Positions 55,161 to 64,000 of a stretch of DNA of 64,000 bases are shown piece after piece. Both the position numbers and the translations under genes were made by a program. Positions within the stretch are counted from its first letter, which is position 1. Each line of letters opens with the position of its first letter. The notes under the pieces were generated by a model that did not search any database, had not been told where the DNA came from, and was given only the letters and a program-made list of their open reading frames with translations. Origin of the DNA: a virus; the IMG/VR virus record IMGVR_UViG_3300043427_001127, positions 64,001-128,000 of that record, one strand, 5' to 3'.

Positions 55161-57795
55161 AATCTTCTAGTTTTAAAATAGTTAATGTAGTCGTAATCGC
55201 AGTATTTGAACCAGATTTATTTACAATGGTTGCAAATATAGTAGTATCTTCATCACTAAATCCTACAAGAGATGGGGTTATTGGGAGAACTTGATTGGAT
55301 ATCGTTGTTACATCACAGACAACACCAGCATTTTCAGGAATCGGATCTCCATAGTTTCTTCCAGAATCATTGTCTCTAGCAGTCGAGCTTGTATACAAAC
55401 GAACCCACGCAGAGTTATTTGTTTGTACTTTTAATAGTGCATAAGATTTGAATCCTGTTATGGTTATGTTTGCAGATTCGTCTTGTGCTAGTAATGGTGT
55501 TGTTCCTACAGAAGTTGTTCTTGATTGTAGTTGTTTTTGTGGTTGTGGTTCGTATACAGTTCTCCAAATAGTACTAATATTTACGTTTGGATTTGTGCTA
55601 TAAACTCTTAATTTTGCATTATGTGGAATGTTTGTGGTAACTGGAGTGTTTAAGTTGAACCACCCAACATTATTACCTGTTTGTGGATCAAATCTACTGG
55701 AAACAAAAGCACCTGATGGTATGCCAGGTCCAACAATAAACTGGTTATCTGTGGGAATGTAAATCAGTGGGATTCTGTCACAGAAAAATCTACTATCTCC
55801 TAAGTCTACTGCTTGAAAATAATCTACAGTAGCATCTGGAGTTGGATATAAACTTTCATCGAATATTTTTAAAACTCCTGTGGTATTGTTATACCATAGA
55901 TCTCCATCTTTTGCCCATGCTGGAGCAGAAGTTCCTACATGTACTGCTGGGGGTGGTGTGATAGTTAGTCCACCTATTGATGCAGATTGCTGAGAACCTG
56001 TTACGCTATCTGTATCTACTTTAAGACCACCCACGCCAGAAACTATAGCGTATGTAGTACCACCTGTGTTTGATCCTAGTAAACCTATTTTTCCTTCGTA
56101 AAAACGAGTATCAGTTTCAGAAACATCCATCGTATAAGTTTTGTTGGTGCTATCTACAATGATAGTGCCATTTAAGTTGGGTAGTGTTAGGGTTCTATTT
56201 GCAGTTGGATTTGCTACTTGAACTGTAGTTTTAAAAGTATCTACTGTAGACCCTTCAAACACCAATGAAGATGCAGTGGCAGTTAATCCTGAAGGCAATC
56301 CACTTACCGTTGATGCAATATTAATAGTATTTTCATTAGTTCTGCTGACAGTGATACCAGTTCCAGAAACTAAAACTAAATCATCATCTGTTAAGCTATT
56401 GTTTTCTCTAAGTCTGATCTTAGCTCCAGATGCATCTGTTTCTGCTGATATAATGTATTCTCTATTTGGTGGAATAGTTGGCAATCCTAATAGATCACTG
56501 TACTCACCTGTGGTTGCAACTAGTTTTAAATCTGGAAGACTTAGTAAATCGCTATAGCTTCCTGACGTTGCTACATCTGCTAAAGCGGGAGCATTTAATA
56601 AGTCACTATAATCTCCAGAGAAGAAACGATTCGTTGTGTCAGTTAAATCCGATGCATCGATAACTAATACGGGTAAATCATCTAGGTCGTTGTATGATCC
56701 AGATGTTGCTACTGGTTGTAAGTCAGGGAGATTTAATAGATCACTATAACTTCCGCTGGTTGCTACAGTCGCTAAAGCAGGAGCATTGGTGAGATCTGTA
56801 TAACTTACAAAACCGTTTATCCAAGAACCATTTAAATATTTTAATGAGTGATTATTAACAGGATCTGTGATTGTAACATCACCTAAGTCGTTGATGTCGA
56901 TAGTTGAAACGTTAACAGAAAACTCGATATCATTATTGTCAACTGTTAATACAACTCCAGGACCAGCGGTAAGAGTAACATCAACAGAAGTATTATCTGA
57001 ACCAGCTAGTGAGATAGTTTTTACTGTAGTTGAAGTGCTTGATACATTAAGACCATATGTAGTGTTTGGAGCGTTAACAGTAATAGTAGAACCACTTTGA
57101 GTTATTGAGGCAGCACCACCACCCGCTAACGTAATGTCGCCAGTTGTAAATGTTCCACCAGCCCCACTTGCTTTTAGTCTTGTTACAGTGTCTGTACTTG
57201 AAATGTTTACTGTATTTCCTGCTTGAGTTGCAGATGAAGCACCAGAAGCAGTAATAGTTACGTCACCTGTGACAAAACTTCCAGCACTACCACCTTTGAT
57301 TCTTGTGATAGTGTTGGTATCAGAAGCACCAATGGTAATGTTATTTCCTACTTGAGATATAAAAACAGAACCAGTTGGCAACAAAGAAACTTCGCCAGTA
57401 ACAAAAGAACCAGCAACACCACCTTTAATACTTGTGATAGTATCTGTATCTACATATGTTGCGTTTATGGTTATTTCATCTCCACTCCTTGTGAGTGAAA
57501 TATTTGTTCCAGGTGCTAGAGTTACGTCATCAGTGACGAAGTTTACATCAGTTAAACGGATTATTTTTTTGCCACTGCCACCATCTTCTGCGCTAATAGA
57601 ATAAGTAGTATCGATTTCTGCAGGAACATTTGCCCATTCGATTCCTTCCCCAGTTGAATATAGGATTTGACCAGGATTACCTATACCTGTTCCGTCATAA
57701 ATCCCACTCTCTGAAAGATTTAGATTGTCCGTTGCTGCTAGTTCTTCTAGACGTTTAGTTACAGAGTTACCTATTAACGGAAAGCGATTTGCCAT
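55159..57795 (-). CDS. tail-fibre-like virion structural protein
   Basis: MANRFPLI N-terminus, Thr/Gly beta repeats, 5x (L)AxVATSGSYxDL repeats, GDLWYN; minus-strand TATAAATA at 57831-57838. Confidence 0.8.
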   Translation of the reverse strand: MANRFPLIGNSVTKRLEELAATDNLNLSESGIYDGTGIGNPGQILYSTGEGIEWANVPAEIDTTYSISAEDGGSGKKIIRLTDVNFVTDDVTLAPGTNISLTRSGDEITINATYVDTDTITSIKGGVAGSFVTGEVSLLPTGSVFISQVGNNITIGASDTNTITRIKGGSAGSFVTGDVTITASGASSATQAGNTVNISSTDTVTRLKASGAGGTFTTGDITLAGGGAASITQSGSTITVNAPNTTYGLNVSSTSTTVKTISLAGSDNTSVDVTLTAGPGVVLTVDNNDIEFSVNVSTIDINDLGDVTITDPVNNHSLKYLNGSWINGFVSYTDLTNAPALATVATSGSYSDLLNLPDLQPVATSGSYNDLDDLPVLVIDASDLTDTTNRFFSGDYSDLLNAPALADVATSGSYSDLLSLPDLKLVATTGEYSDLLGLPTIPPNREYIISAETDASGAKIRLRENNSLTDDDLVLVSGTGITVSRTNENTINIASTVSGLPSGLTATASSLVFEGSTVDTFKTTVQVANPTANRTLTLPNLNGTIIVDSTNKTYTMDVSETDTRFYEGKIGLLGSNTGGTTYAIVSGVGGLKVDTDSVTGSQQSASIGGLTITPPPAVHVGTSAPAWAKDGDLWYNNTTGVLKIFDESLYPTPDATVDYFQAVDLGDSRFFCDRIPLIYIPTDNQFIVGPGIPSGAFVSSRFDPQTGNNVGWFNLNTPVTTNIPHNAKLRVYSTNPNVNISTIWRTVYEPQPQKQLQSRTTSVGTTPLLAQDESANITITGFKSYALLKVQTNNSAWVRLYTSSTARDNDSGRNYGDPIPENAGVVCDVTTISNQVLPITPSLVGFSDEDTTIFATIVNKSGSNTAITTTLTILKLED

Positions 57796-57850
57796 TACAC
57801 GACGCTCGTAAAAATGAGTTCTATTTATGTTATTTATAAATGGTTCTGGC

Positions 57851-57890
57851 GGGGGCTTGACAGGTGCGGGAAACCGTGCTACTATAAATA
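57851..57890 (+). promoter_or_regulatory. overlapping early (TTGACA-17-TACTAT) and late (TATAAATA) promoters for psbA
   Basis: GGGGGCTTGACA...TACTATAAATA. Confidence 0.8.
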
Positions 57891-57951
57891 AGTGTTAAGG
57901 AATGGAAACATTTCTTCACAATACATACCTCAACTACTCGGAGTATTTTCA

Positions 57952-59034
57952 ATGACTGCAACTATCGCACAACGTCGCGGTGTTGGCAGTGGATGGGAAA
58001 GCTTCTGCGAGTGGGTTACCTCTACCAACAATCGTCTTTATGTTGGGTGGTTCGGAACTCTTATGATTCCTACCCTTCTTGCAGCAACCATCTGCTTCAT
58101 CATCGCATTCATCGCCGCTCCCCCCGTGGACATCGACGGCATCCGTGAACCTGTTGCTGGTTCGCTTATGTATGGAAACAACATCATCTCTGGTGCTGTC
58201 GTTCCTTCTAGCAACGCAATCGGTCTTCACTTCTATCCTATCTGGGAAGCCAACTCACTTGACGAATGGCTATATAATGGTGGACCTTTCCAACTGGTCG
58301 TCTTCCACTTTCTGATTGGTATCTATGCCTACATGGGTCGTGAATGGGAACTATCTTACCGATTGGGTATGCGTCCTTGGATTTGTGTTGCCTACAGCGC
58401 ACCCGTTGCTGCTGCTTCTGCAGTTTTCCTCGTCTATCCCTTTGGACAAGGTTCATTCTCTGACGCCATGCCGCTTGGCATTAGTGGAACATTTAACTAC
58501 ATGCTTGTTTTTCAGGCGGAGCATAATATCCTCATGCACCCCTTCCATATGCTTGGGGTGGCTGGTGTATTTGGCGGTTCTCTTTTCTCTGCTATGCATG
58601 GATCTCTGGTCACTAGCTCACTCGTTCGTGAAACAACTGAAACCGAATCACAAAACTATGGATACAAGTTCGGACAAGAAGAAGAGACCTACAACATCGT
58701 CGCCGCTCACGGATACTTCGGACGCCTCATCTTCCAATACGCTTCCTTTAACAACTCTCGTAGCCTACACTTCTTTTTGGCTGCTTGGCCTGTCGTTGGT
58801 ATTTGGTTTACTGCTCTCGGAGTTAGCACGATGGCATTCAACTTGAATGGTTTCAACTTTAACCAGTCCATTGTTGACAGTCAGAACCGTGTGATCCCTA
58901 CCTGGGCAGACATCCTCAATCGTGGTGGTCTGGGCATGGAGGTGATGCACGAGCGCAACGCTCACAACTTCCCGCTTGACCTTGCTGCTGCTGAGATGAC
59001 TCCTGTTGCTCTCACCGCACCTGCAATCGGTTGA
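57952..59034 (+). CDS. psbA: photosystem II D1 protein
   Basis: [42 protein letters not shown] + C-terminal extension; 360 aa, no intron. Confidence 0.99.
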   Translation: MTATIAQRRGVGSGWESFCEWVTSTNNRLYVGWFGTLMIPTLLAATICFIIAFIAAPPVDIDGIREPVAGSLMYGNNIISGAVVPSSNAIGLHFYPIWEANSLDEWLYNGGPFQLVVFHFLIGIYAYMGREWELSYRLGMRPWICVAYSAPVAAASAVFLVYPFGQGSFSDAMPLGISGTFNYMLVFQAEHNILMHPFHMLGVAGVFGGSLFSAMHGSLVTSSLVRETTETESQNYGYKFGQEEETYNIVAAHGYFGRLIFQYASFNNSRSLHFFLAAWPVVGIWFTALGVSTMAFNLNGFNFNQSIVDSQNRVIPTWADILNRGGLGMEVMHERNAHNFPLDLAAAEMTPVALTAPAIG

Positions 59035-59059
59035 TACTTCAGTTAAAATCTGATATACT

Positions 59060-59082
59060 AGGAGGGGCAACCCTCCTTTTTT
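59060..59082 (+). terminator. terminator after psbA
   Basis: AGGAGGG-GCAA-CCCTCCT + T run. Confidence 0.88.
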
Positions 59083-59120
59083 ATTGCCATAAATATTCAA
59101 ACGATATTGGAGAAACATTG

Positions 59121-59471
59121 ATGGTAGATGAAGTGCTTGGTGTGCATCACATTGCTGAGTTATGCGAGTGCAATGCAGACCTTTTAAATGACTCAGCATT
59201 CATCAGCACTTCCCTTAGGCAAGCAGTAGAACATGCTAACGCAACACTGATTGAAGAAGTTAAATACGAGTTCACGCCACAGGGAATCACTGCTGTTTGC
59301 TTGCTATCAGAAAGTCATATCAGTATTCATACATGGCCAGAGAAAAGATATGCTGCCGTAGATATCTTTACCTGTGGCGACCACACCATGCCAGATAAGG
59401 CTTGCGAATACATGGTGGAGGTGTTAGAATGTATGCAACCAAACATTAAAGTATATTTTAGAGGAATATAA
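59121..59471 (+). CDS. speD: S-adenosylmethionine decarboxylase
   Basis: FTPQGIT, LSESHISIHTWPE, DIFTCG. Confidence 0.95.
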   Translation: MVDEVLGVHHIAELCECNADLLNDSAFISTSLRQAVEHANATLIEEVKYEFTPQGITAVCLLSESHISIHTWPEKRYAAVDIFTCGDHTMPDKACEYMVEVLECMQPNIKVYFRGI

Positions 59472-59472
59472 A

Positions 59473-59727
59473 ATGAACATCATAGCGTATACACTTCCAG
59501 GTTGTCCATCTTGTAGTCATTTAAGAGAACTTTTTAGGAGAGCAGAAGTAGAATATAAAGAAGTGACAGTTAAAAACGATATGACTATTTCTGAGTTTAA
59601 CTCTTTACATCCAAATGTTTCTTCTTTTCCGTTTGTTGTTATAGACGGCGAACGTGTTGGTGGACTGGTTGAAGTAGTCAGAATGTTTGTTAAGAATGGA
59701 TTAGTAAGTAGTTCAAAGAAGGCATAA
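59473..59727 (+). CDS. glutaredoxin
   Basis: CPSC, SFPFV, VGG. Confidence 0.85.
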   Translation: MNIIAYTLPGCPSCSHLRELFRRAEVEYKEVTVKNDMTISEFNSLHPNVSSFPFVVIDGERVGGLVEVVRMFVKNGLVSSSKKA

Positions 59728-59728
59728 C

Positions 59729-60112
59729 ATGGTTTTCCTTGAAGACATATATGATATTATTAATAATGCTATAGAACTGGCATTTTTTAATGAAAAATAT
59801 CAGTTGGATTTTTATGCGTATTTAAAATCTCAAAATTTTAAGAGGGAAACTATAACAGAGTTTCTAGGATCTAACTTATGTAAAGCTCTTCAGGATCAAA
59901 TACAAGAGATTGATATGTATTTAGATGGAGGAGACTCTGCTGCTCTGCTCAAAGAAGCATATAGTTGGATGGGAAAATCTAGAGCAAGAAAAGTTAAAGA
60001 TTATTTGAATACTATAGTTGAAGATGCTAAAAAATATGAACAATCAAAAAGGAGAGGAAGAAAACCAGGAAGCAAAAACAAAAAGAAAGGCACAGCAACT
60101 ACGAATAAATAA
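59729..60112 (+). CDS. conserved cyanophage hypothetical protein
   Basis: YLDGG...EAYSW...ARKVKDYL...RRGRK. Confidence 0.75.
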   Translation: MVFLEDIYDIINNAIELAFFNEKYQLDFYAYLKSQNFKRETITEFLGSNLCKALQDQIQEIDMYLDGGDSAALLKEAYSWMGKSRARKVKDYLNTIVEDAKKYEQSKRRGRKPGSKNKKKGTATTNK

Positions 60113-60125
60113 GGGTATAGAATTC

Positions 60126-60260
60126 ATGTTGCGTAGGAGGGTTGATAAAGTCAAACCTAAACATGGATTAAAACTGAGTAAAACATTCAACCTCCTACGC
60201 AGAACATTTCATTTTAATATGGAGTTCTCTTGGGAGGTTGACAAACCAACAAGGGAGTAG
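60126..60260 (+). CDS. small basic hypothetical protein
   Basis: MLRRRVDKVKPK...; start uncertain. Confidence 0.45.
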   Translation: MLRRRVDKVKPKHGLKLSKTFNLLRRTFHFNMEFSWEVDKPTRE

Positions 60261-60264
60261 TAAG

Positions 60265-60507
60265 ATGGAGTCAGCAACACCATACATCCTGTTCTTCAGC
60301 GGGATAGGTATCATCGGTTCATTCGCTATTGGGTTCATCGCTGGGTGGTTCGGAAACGATATCATCTATGCATTTCTAAACAAGAACAGGATTGCTCCCA
60401 TGCATCCTGAAATGTTTGATGAAAACGGTCAACTGATTCCTGATGAAATCGTAGCGGTTCGCTTTGAAAATTCTGAAGATTTTGAGGAGTACGACGACGA
60501 GGATTAA
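60265..60507 (+). CDS. small membrane protein
   Basis: TM helix then HPEMFDENG. Confidence 0.7.
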   Translation: MESATPYILFFSGIGIIGSFAIGFIAGWFGNDIIYAFLNKNRIAPMHPEMFDENGQLIPDEIVAVRFENSEDFEEYDDED

Positions 60508-61398
60508 ATGATTCTTATTGATATGAATCAGATTATGATTAGTAATCTGATGATGCAACTGAAGGGCGATGCTTTAAATGAAAATCTTGTTCGTCATATG
60601 GTGCTTACTGCCCTTCGCGCATTTGAAAGACAATACTCTCCTAAGTATGGTGAGATTGTTCTAGCTTATGACAGTAAGCACTACTGGCGGAAAGAAGCAT
60701 TTCCCTATTACAAACAGAATAGAAAGAAAGACCGAGAAGCATCTGACTTAGATTGGAATGCTATCTTTGAAGTCTTGAATAAAATACGCGATGAGATCAA
60801 AACGTTCTTTCCTTATAAGGTAGTAGAAGTATATGGTGCTGAGGCTGATGATGTTATTAGCACTCTTACTACCTATCAATCTTATCGCAATATTAAACTG
60901 CAGAAAGAAGGTAAAGATGCTGAGGAAGTATTGATTCTCTCGGGAGATAAAGACTTCATTCAGTTACAGAAGTATCCATTTGTGAAGCAATACAATCCGA
61001 TTCTTAAGAAAGAGATTAAACATGCAGACCCTAAAGCATACGCCAGAGAGCATATCATTAAGGGAGATAAGTCAGATGGCATACCTAACTTCTTATCTGA
61101 TGCTGATACATTTGTGGTAGGCAAGAGACAGAAACCTATAAGTAAGAAAAACTTAGAAAAGTGGGTCAATCTAGATCCATCTGTATTCTGTTTAGATCAA
61201 CAAGCCAGAGAAAACTATGAACGTAATCGAAAACTGATCGATCTTTCTTGTATACCTGAACATCTTGCCACTGAGATTGTATCTTATTACAAATCACTAA
61301 ATAGCAACGAAAGGAAAGTTCCATTAGAATACTTTCAGCAACATCAACTTACGAAGTTGATGGAAGATTTTGTATTTCGTAACACACAACCATTTTGA
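60508..61398 (+). CDS. rnh: T4-type RNase H / 5'-3' exonuclease
   Basis: ILIDMNQ, YWRK...YKQNR, EADD, SGDKDFIQL, GDKSDGIPN. Confidence 0.95.
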   Translation: MILIDMNQIMISNLMMQLKGDALNENLVRHMVLTALRAFERQYSPKYGEIVLAYDSKHYWRKEAFPYYKQNRKKDREASDLDWNAIFEVLNKIRDEIKTFFPYKVVEVYGAEADDVISTLTTYQSYRNIKLQKEGKDAEEVLILSGDKDFIQLQKYPFVKQYNPILKKEIKHADPKAYAREHIIKGDKSDGIPNFLSDADTFVVGKRQKPISKKNLEKWVNLDPSVFCLDQQARENYERNRKLIDLSCIPEHLATEIVSYYKSLNSNERKVPLEYFQQHQLTKLMEDFVFRNTQPF

Positions 61399-61404
61399 AC
61401 TGAC

Positions 61405-61854
61405 ATGGCAACTAAAACATACCGCCCTCTAATCTCAGAGGTGCTTCGTAAAGCTAACAACGCAAAGACTAAAGAAGAAAAGAAAAAGATTCTGCTTGAG
61501 AACAACACTCAGGTTCTTCGTTCACTGTTTATCTGGAACTTCGATGAGACTGTAGTTTCTATGCTGCCAGAAGGAGAAGTTCCTTATACTCCAAATCCAG
61601 CACCAGAAGGTACGGATCATCTTCTTTTGGAGAATGAGGGAAAGAAAATGTTTCACTTCGTAAAAGGTGGATCTGGTATTACTCAGAGTAAGCGTGAGCA
61701 AATCTTTTTGGGGATGATTGAAAATCTACATCCAGATGAAGCAGAAGTTCTTTGCTTGGTGAAAGATAAAAAACTACAGAAAAAATATACTCGTATTTCA
61801 AAAGCACTCATCGAAGAAACATTTCCTCAGATTCAATGGGGAGGTCGTAGCTGA
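61405..61854 (+). CDS. conserved T4-like hypothetical protein
   Basis: LPEGEVPY, KREQIF...ENLHPDEAE. Confidence 0.75.
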   Translation: MATKTYRPLISEVLRKANNAKTKEEKKKILLENNTQVLRSLFIWNFDETVVSMLPEGEVPYTPNPAPEGTDHLLLENEGKKMFHFVKGGSGITQSKREQIFLGMIENLHPDEAEVLCLVKDKKLQKKYTRISKALIEETFPQIQWGGRS

Positions 61855-62105
61855 TGAAGATTCTCCATCAAAACTGTGACCCCGAACTGGCAAACGATAG
61901 AGGTCTGCCATACACTGCTTACTTAGTTACCTATGAGATTGATGGAGCACTTGCTTACGATATAGTTATCCCAGATAAACAAATGGAAATCTTTGATTAT
62001 TATTGGGATAGATATAGAGAAGGTCTAAAAGGTTGGAAACAATCTGAAGGAAGAGTAAACCCCAAACTTTGGGGAAATAAACCACCAAAAGAAAAGAGGA
62101 AATAG
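61854..62105 (+). CDS. conserved cyanophage hypothetical protein
   Basis: LPYTAYLV, FDYYWD, GRVNPKLW. Confidence 0.75.
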   Translation: MKILHQNCDPELANDRGLPYTAYLVTYEIDGALAYDIVIPDKQMEIFDYYWDRYREGLKGWKQSEGRVNPKLWGNKPPKEKRK

Positions 62106-62108
62106 TAA

Positions 62109-62504
62109 ATGACTTTACAAGTTACTAATGGAGCTAAAAGTTTAGCACTTGCTTACTTGGTAGCAAATGATACTACGGTTGAAAATTTAAAACTTCGACT
62201 GTACAATAATGATTATACCCCCGACCAGGAAAGTATATCTTCAGATTTTATTCAAGTAACTTCTGGAAACGGATATGAAGAAAAAAGTTTAGTGGGATCT
62301 TCATGGTTAGTTAATGGAACTACCGCGTCATATCCTGTGCAAACGTGGGATTTTACTGGATCAGTTGGTAATATCTATGGGTATTATGTTATAACTGCAA
62401 CAAATAATACTGTTCTATTCGCAGAAAGATTTCCAAGTGCTCCCTATAATGTTGCTAATAATGGGGATAAGATTTCTGTAACATTAAACCTGACATCAAA
62501 CTGA
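62109..62504 (+). CDS. hypothetical beta-rich protein (possible structural)
   Basis: LRLYNND, IYGYYV, LFAERF. Confidence 0.65.
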   Translation: MTLQVTNGAKSLALAYLVANDTTVENLKLRLYNNDYTPDQESISSDFIQVTSGNGYEEKSLVGSSWLVNGTTASYPVQTWDFTGSVGNIYGYYVITATNNTVLFAERFPSAPYNVANNGDKISVTLNLTSN

Positions 62505-62505
62505 T

Positions 62506-63150
62506 ATGACAATTCATTCGCAAGTTAAACTCATTTCCGTAACGCCAGATGCAGAAAAGACAATGGCATATGTTGCTAGAGTGTCTAACCCTAGTAACCA
62601 AGATAACGAGAACTATGCGGGGTTACTTCGTTATTGCATTAAGCATAATCATTGGTCTGTGTTTGAACAATCTCATATGACACTTGAGATTGAAACGAAT
62701 CGTGGTATCGCAGCTCAGATCCTGCGCCACCGTTCGTTTACATTTCAGGAATTTTCACAACGCTATGCTGATACCAATCTAATCACAGAACATATTCCTA
62801 TTCCTGATCTTCGCAGGCAGGATACTAAGAATCGTCAGAACTCTACTGATGATCTCGGTGAGTATGTCAAACTCAAGTTCCAGTCCGAGATTGCTGAGCA
62901 CTTTGCCGCTGCCAACAACCTCTACAAGCGCCTCCTAGACGCGGGAGTTGCCAAGGAGTGTGCCCGCTTCGTGCTGCCCCTGGCAACGCCCACAAGGATC
63001 TACATGACAGGCTCGTGCAGGTCATGGTTGCATTACATTGACCTTCGCTCTGCCCACGGCACCCAGAAGGAACACATGGTCATCGCTGAGCAGTGTAGAG
63101 AAATCTTTAAGGAGCAGTTTCCAGCGGTTGCGGAAGCAATGGAATGGTGA
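62506..63150 (+). CDS. thyX: FAD-dependent thymidylate synthase
   Basis: HWSVFE, QILRHRSFTFQEFSQRY, ECARFVLP. Confidence 0.97.
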   Translation: MTIHSQVKLISVTPDAEKTMAYVARVSNPSNQDNENYAGLLRYCIKHNHWSVFEQSHMTLEIETNRGIAAQILRHRSFTFQEFSQRYADTNLITEHIPIPDLRRQDTKNRQNSTDDLGEYVKLKFQSEIAEHFAAANNLYKRLLDAGVAKECARFVLPLATPTRIYMTGSCRSWLHYIDLRSAHGTQKEHMVIAEQCREIFKEQFPAVAEAMEW

Positions 63151-63177
63151 TATAATAGGGTCAACCACGTAGACCCA

Positions 63178-63741
63178 ATGAATATTTTCTATCTCAGCTA
63201 CGATCCCCGAACGTGTGCCGCCGAGCATTGCGATAAGCATGTGGTTAAAATGATTGTTGAGTACGCTCAGCTTCTCTCCACTGCTCATCGTGTGCTTGAC
63301 GGCATTCCTTATACTGCCAAGACTGCTAACAATCGTAATATCAAACGCTGGCGACTTGACAAACCACGCGAAGATATTCTTTATAAAGCATCGCATATCA
63401 ATCACCCGTCTGCTGTGTGGGCAAGACAGTCACGGTCACACTACCGTTGGTTGTTTGATTTGTTTCAACACTGTTGTGTAGAATATACACGACGCTATGG
63501 TAAGTATCACAGCACAGAAAGTTTGGTTAGTTACCTTTGGGTTGCTCCTTTTAATATTAAAGATGCTGGGTGGACAGATCCTCCTCCCGCAATGCCTGAT
63601 AAATACAAGGTAACTGGAGATTCAATCCAGTCATACCGCAACTATTACGTCGGAGACAAAGTTGCTTTTGCTACTTGGAAGTCTCCATCTACACCCCCAT
63701 TATGGTTTATTGAAGATGCCAACTTACAAGTTCAAGGATAA
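63178..63741 (+). CDS. pyrimidine-dimer DNA glycosylase-like (DenV family)
   Basis: MNIFYL...HCDKHVVKM, HINHPSAVW, EYTRRYGK, YRNYY. Confidence 0.8.
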   Translation: MNIFYLSYDPRTCAAEHCDKHVVKMIVEYAQLLSTAHRVLDGIPYTAKTANNRNIKRWRLDKPREDILYKASHINHPSAVWARQSRSHYRWLFDLFQHCCVEYTRRYGKYHSTESLVSYLWVAPFNIKDAGWTDPPPAMPDKYKVTGDSIQSYRNYYVGDKVAFATWKSPSTPPLWFIEDANLQVQG

Positions 63742-63946
63742 TAATACTGGTGAAGAGTTTGAGAAATGGATGTATATGGCAGAGAGAGAACCATATCTTG
63801 AAGCCAATCCTCATATCACTCAGATGCCTACTATTCTCCATGCTGTTTCCGAGGTAGGAAACTGGCAGAACAAAACTGATAGCGATTGGAAACACGTTAT
63901 CAATCGTGCCGCAGATACACCTGGATCTAACATTAATCGTCTCTAA
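63716..63946 (+). CDS. FmdB-like small protein
   Basis: MPTYKFKDNNTGE... Confidence 0.65.
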   Translation: MPTYKFKDNNTGEEFEKWMYMAEREPYLEANPHITQMPTILHAVSEVGNWQNKTDSDWKHVINRAADTPGSNINRL

Positions 63947-63947
63947 T

Positions 63948-64000
63948 ATGCCTGTAAGAACTCGTAAAACAAAGCAAGCTGTTCCATCGGGAATGAGCGT
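63948..64000 (+). CDS. 5' end of ORF, possibly PhoH-like (partial)
   Basis: MPVRTRKTKQAVPSGMS; identity inferred only from usual cyanophage synteny. Confidence 0.35.
   Translation, partial: MPVRTRKTKQAVPSGMS

Noticed and set aside
57892-57951. 20-aa N-terminal extension of D1 in the ORF track
   Set aside because: The GTG lies at the transcription start; the ATG at 57952 with GGAG SD gives the standard 360-aa D1.
24895-63150. Group I introns or inteins in gp43, gp41, nrdA, nrdB, psbA, thyX
   Set aside because: All are continuous and of normal length; no intein or LAGLIDADG/HNH insert seen.
1-64000. CRISPR array, integrase, transposase, reverse transcriptase/DGR
   Set aside because: No regularly spaced repeats or corresponding protein motifs seen by eye.

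Overview
This window is a 64-kb segment of a T4-like cyanomyovirus genome. A freshwater Synechococcus/Cyanobium-type host is likely, but that is inference. Gene order: head/tail morphogenesis (gp17-gp23, gp3), uvsY/uvsW, late sigma gp55, gp47/46, a VWA-metallopeptidase + MoxR/CobS-like AAA pair, replisome (gp45/44/62, regA, gp43, uvsX, gp41), Dam methylase, hsp20, mazG, a nuclease / ligase-fold / HIGH-nucleotidyltransferase block, primase, nrdAB, a lysis region, a 13-tRNA region interleaved with structured non-coding segments, photosynthesis and metabolic genes (2x hli, petF, psbA, speD), rnh, thyX and a denV-like glycosylase. The most notable non-routine signals are RNA-level. (1) A candidate -1 ribosomal frameshift (A_AAA_AAG-stop followed by a branched stem-loop) would fuse a C39-like peptidase to a GH24 lysozyme. 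(2) An apparent nitrogen-sensing cassette: NtcA-type box, tandem glutamine-riboswitch-like aptamers with a 50-codon ORF nested inside the second aptamer, and a DUF4278-like YRG peptide. (3) A ROSE-like thermometer on hsp20. (4) Several structured RNAs between tRNAs and a tRNA(UAU) with a long variable arm. (5) A perfect-consensus antisense promoter divergent from gp55. (6) Hairpin/late-promoter locks on two nuclease genes. All family assignments are by eye from motifs and synteny; no database searches or folding programs were run.
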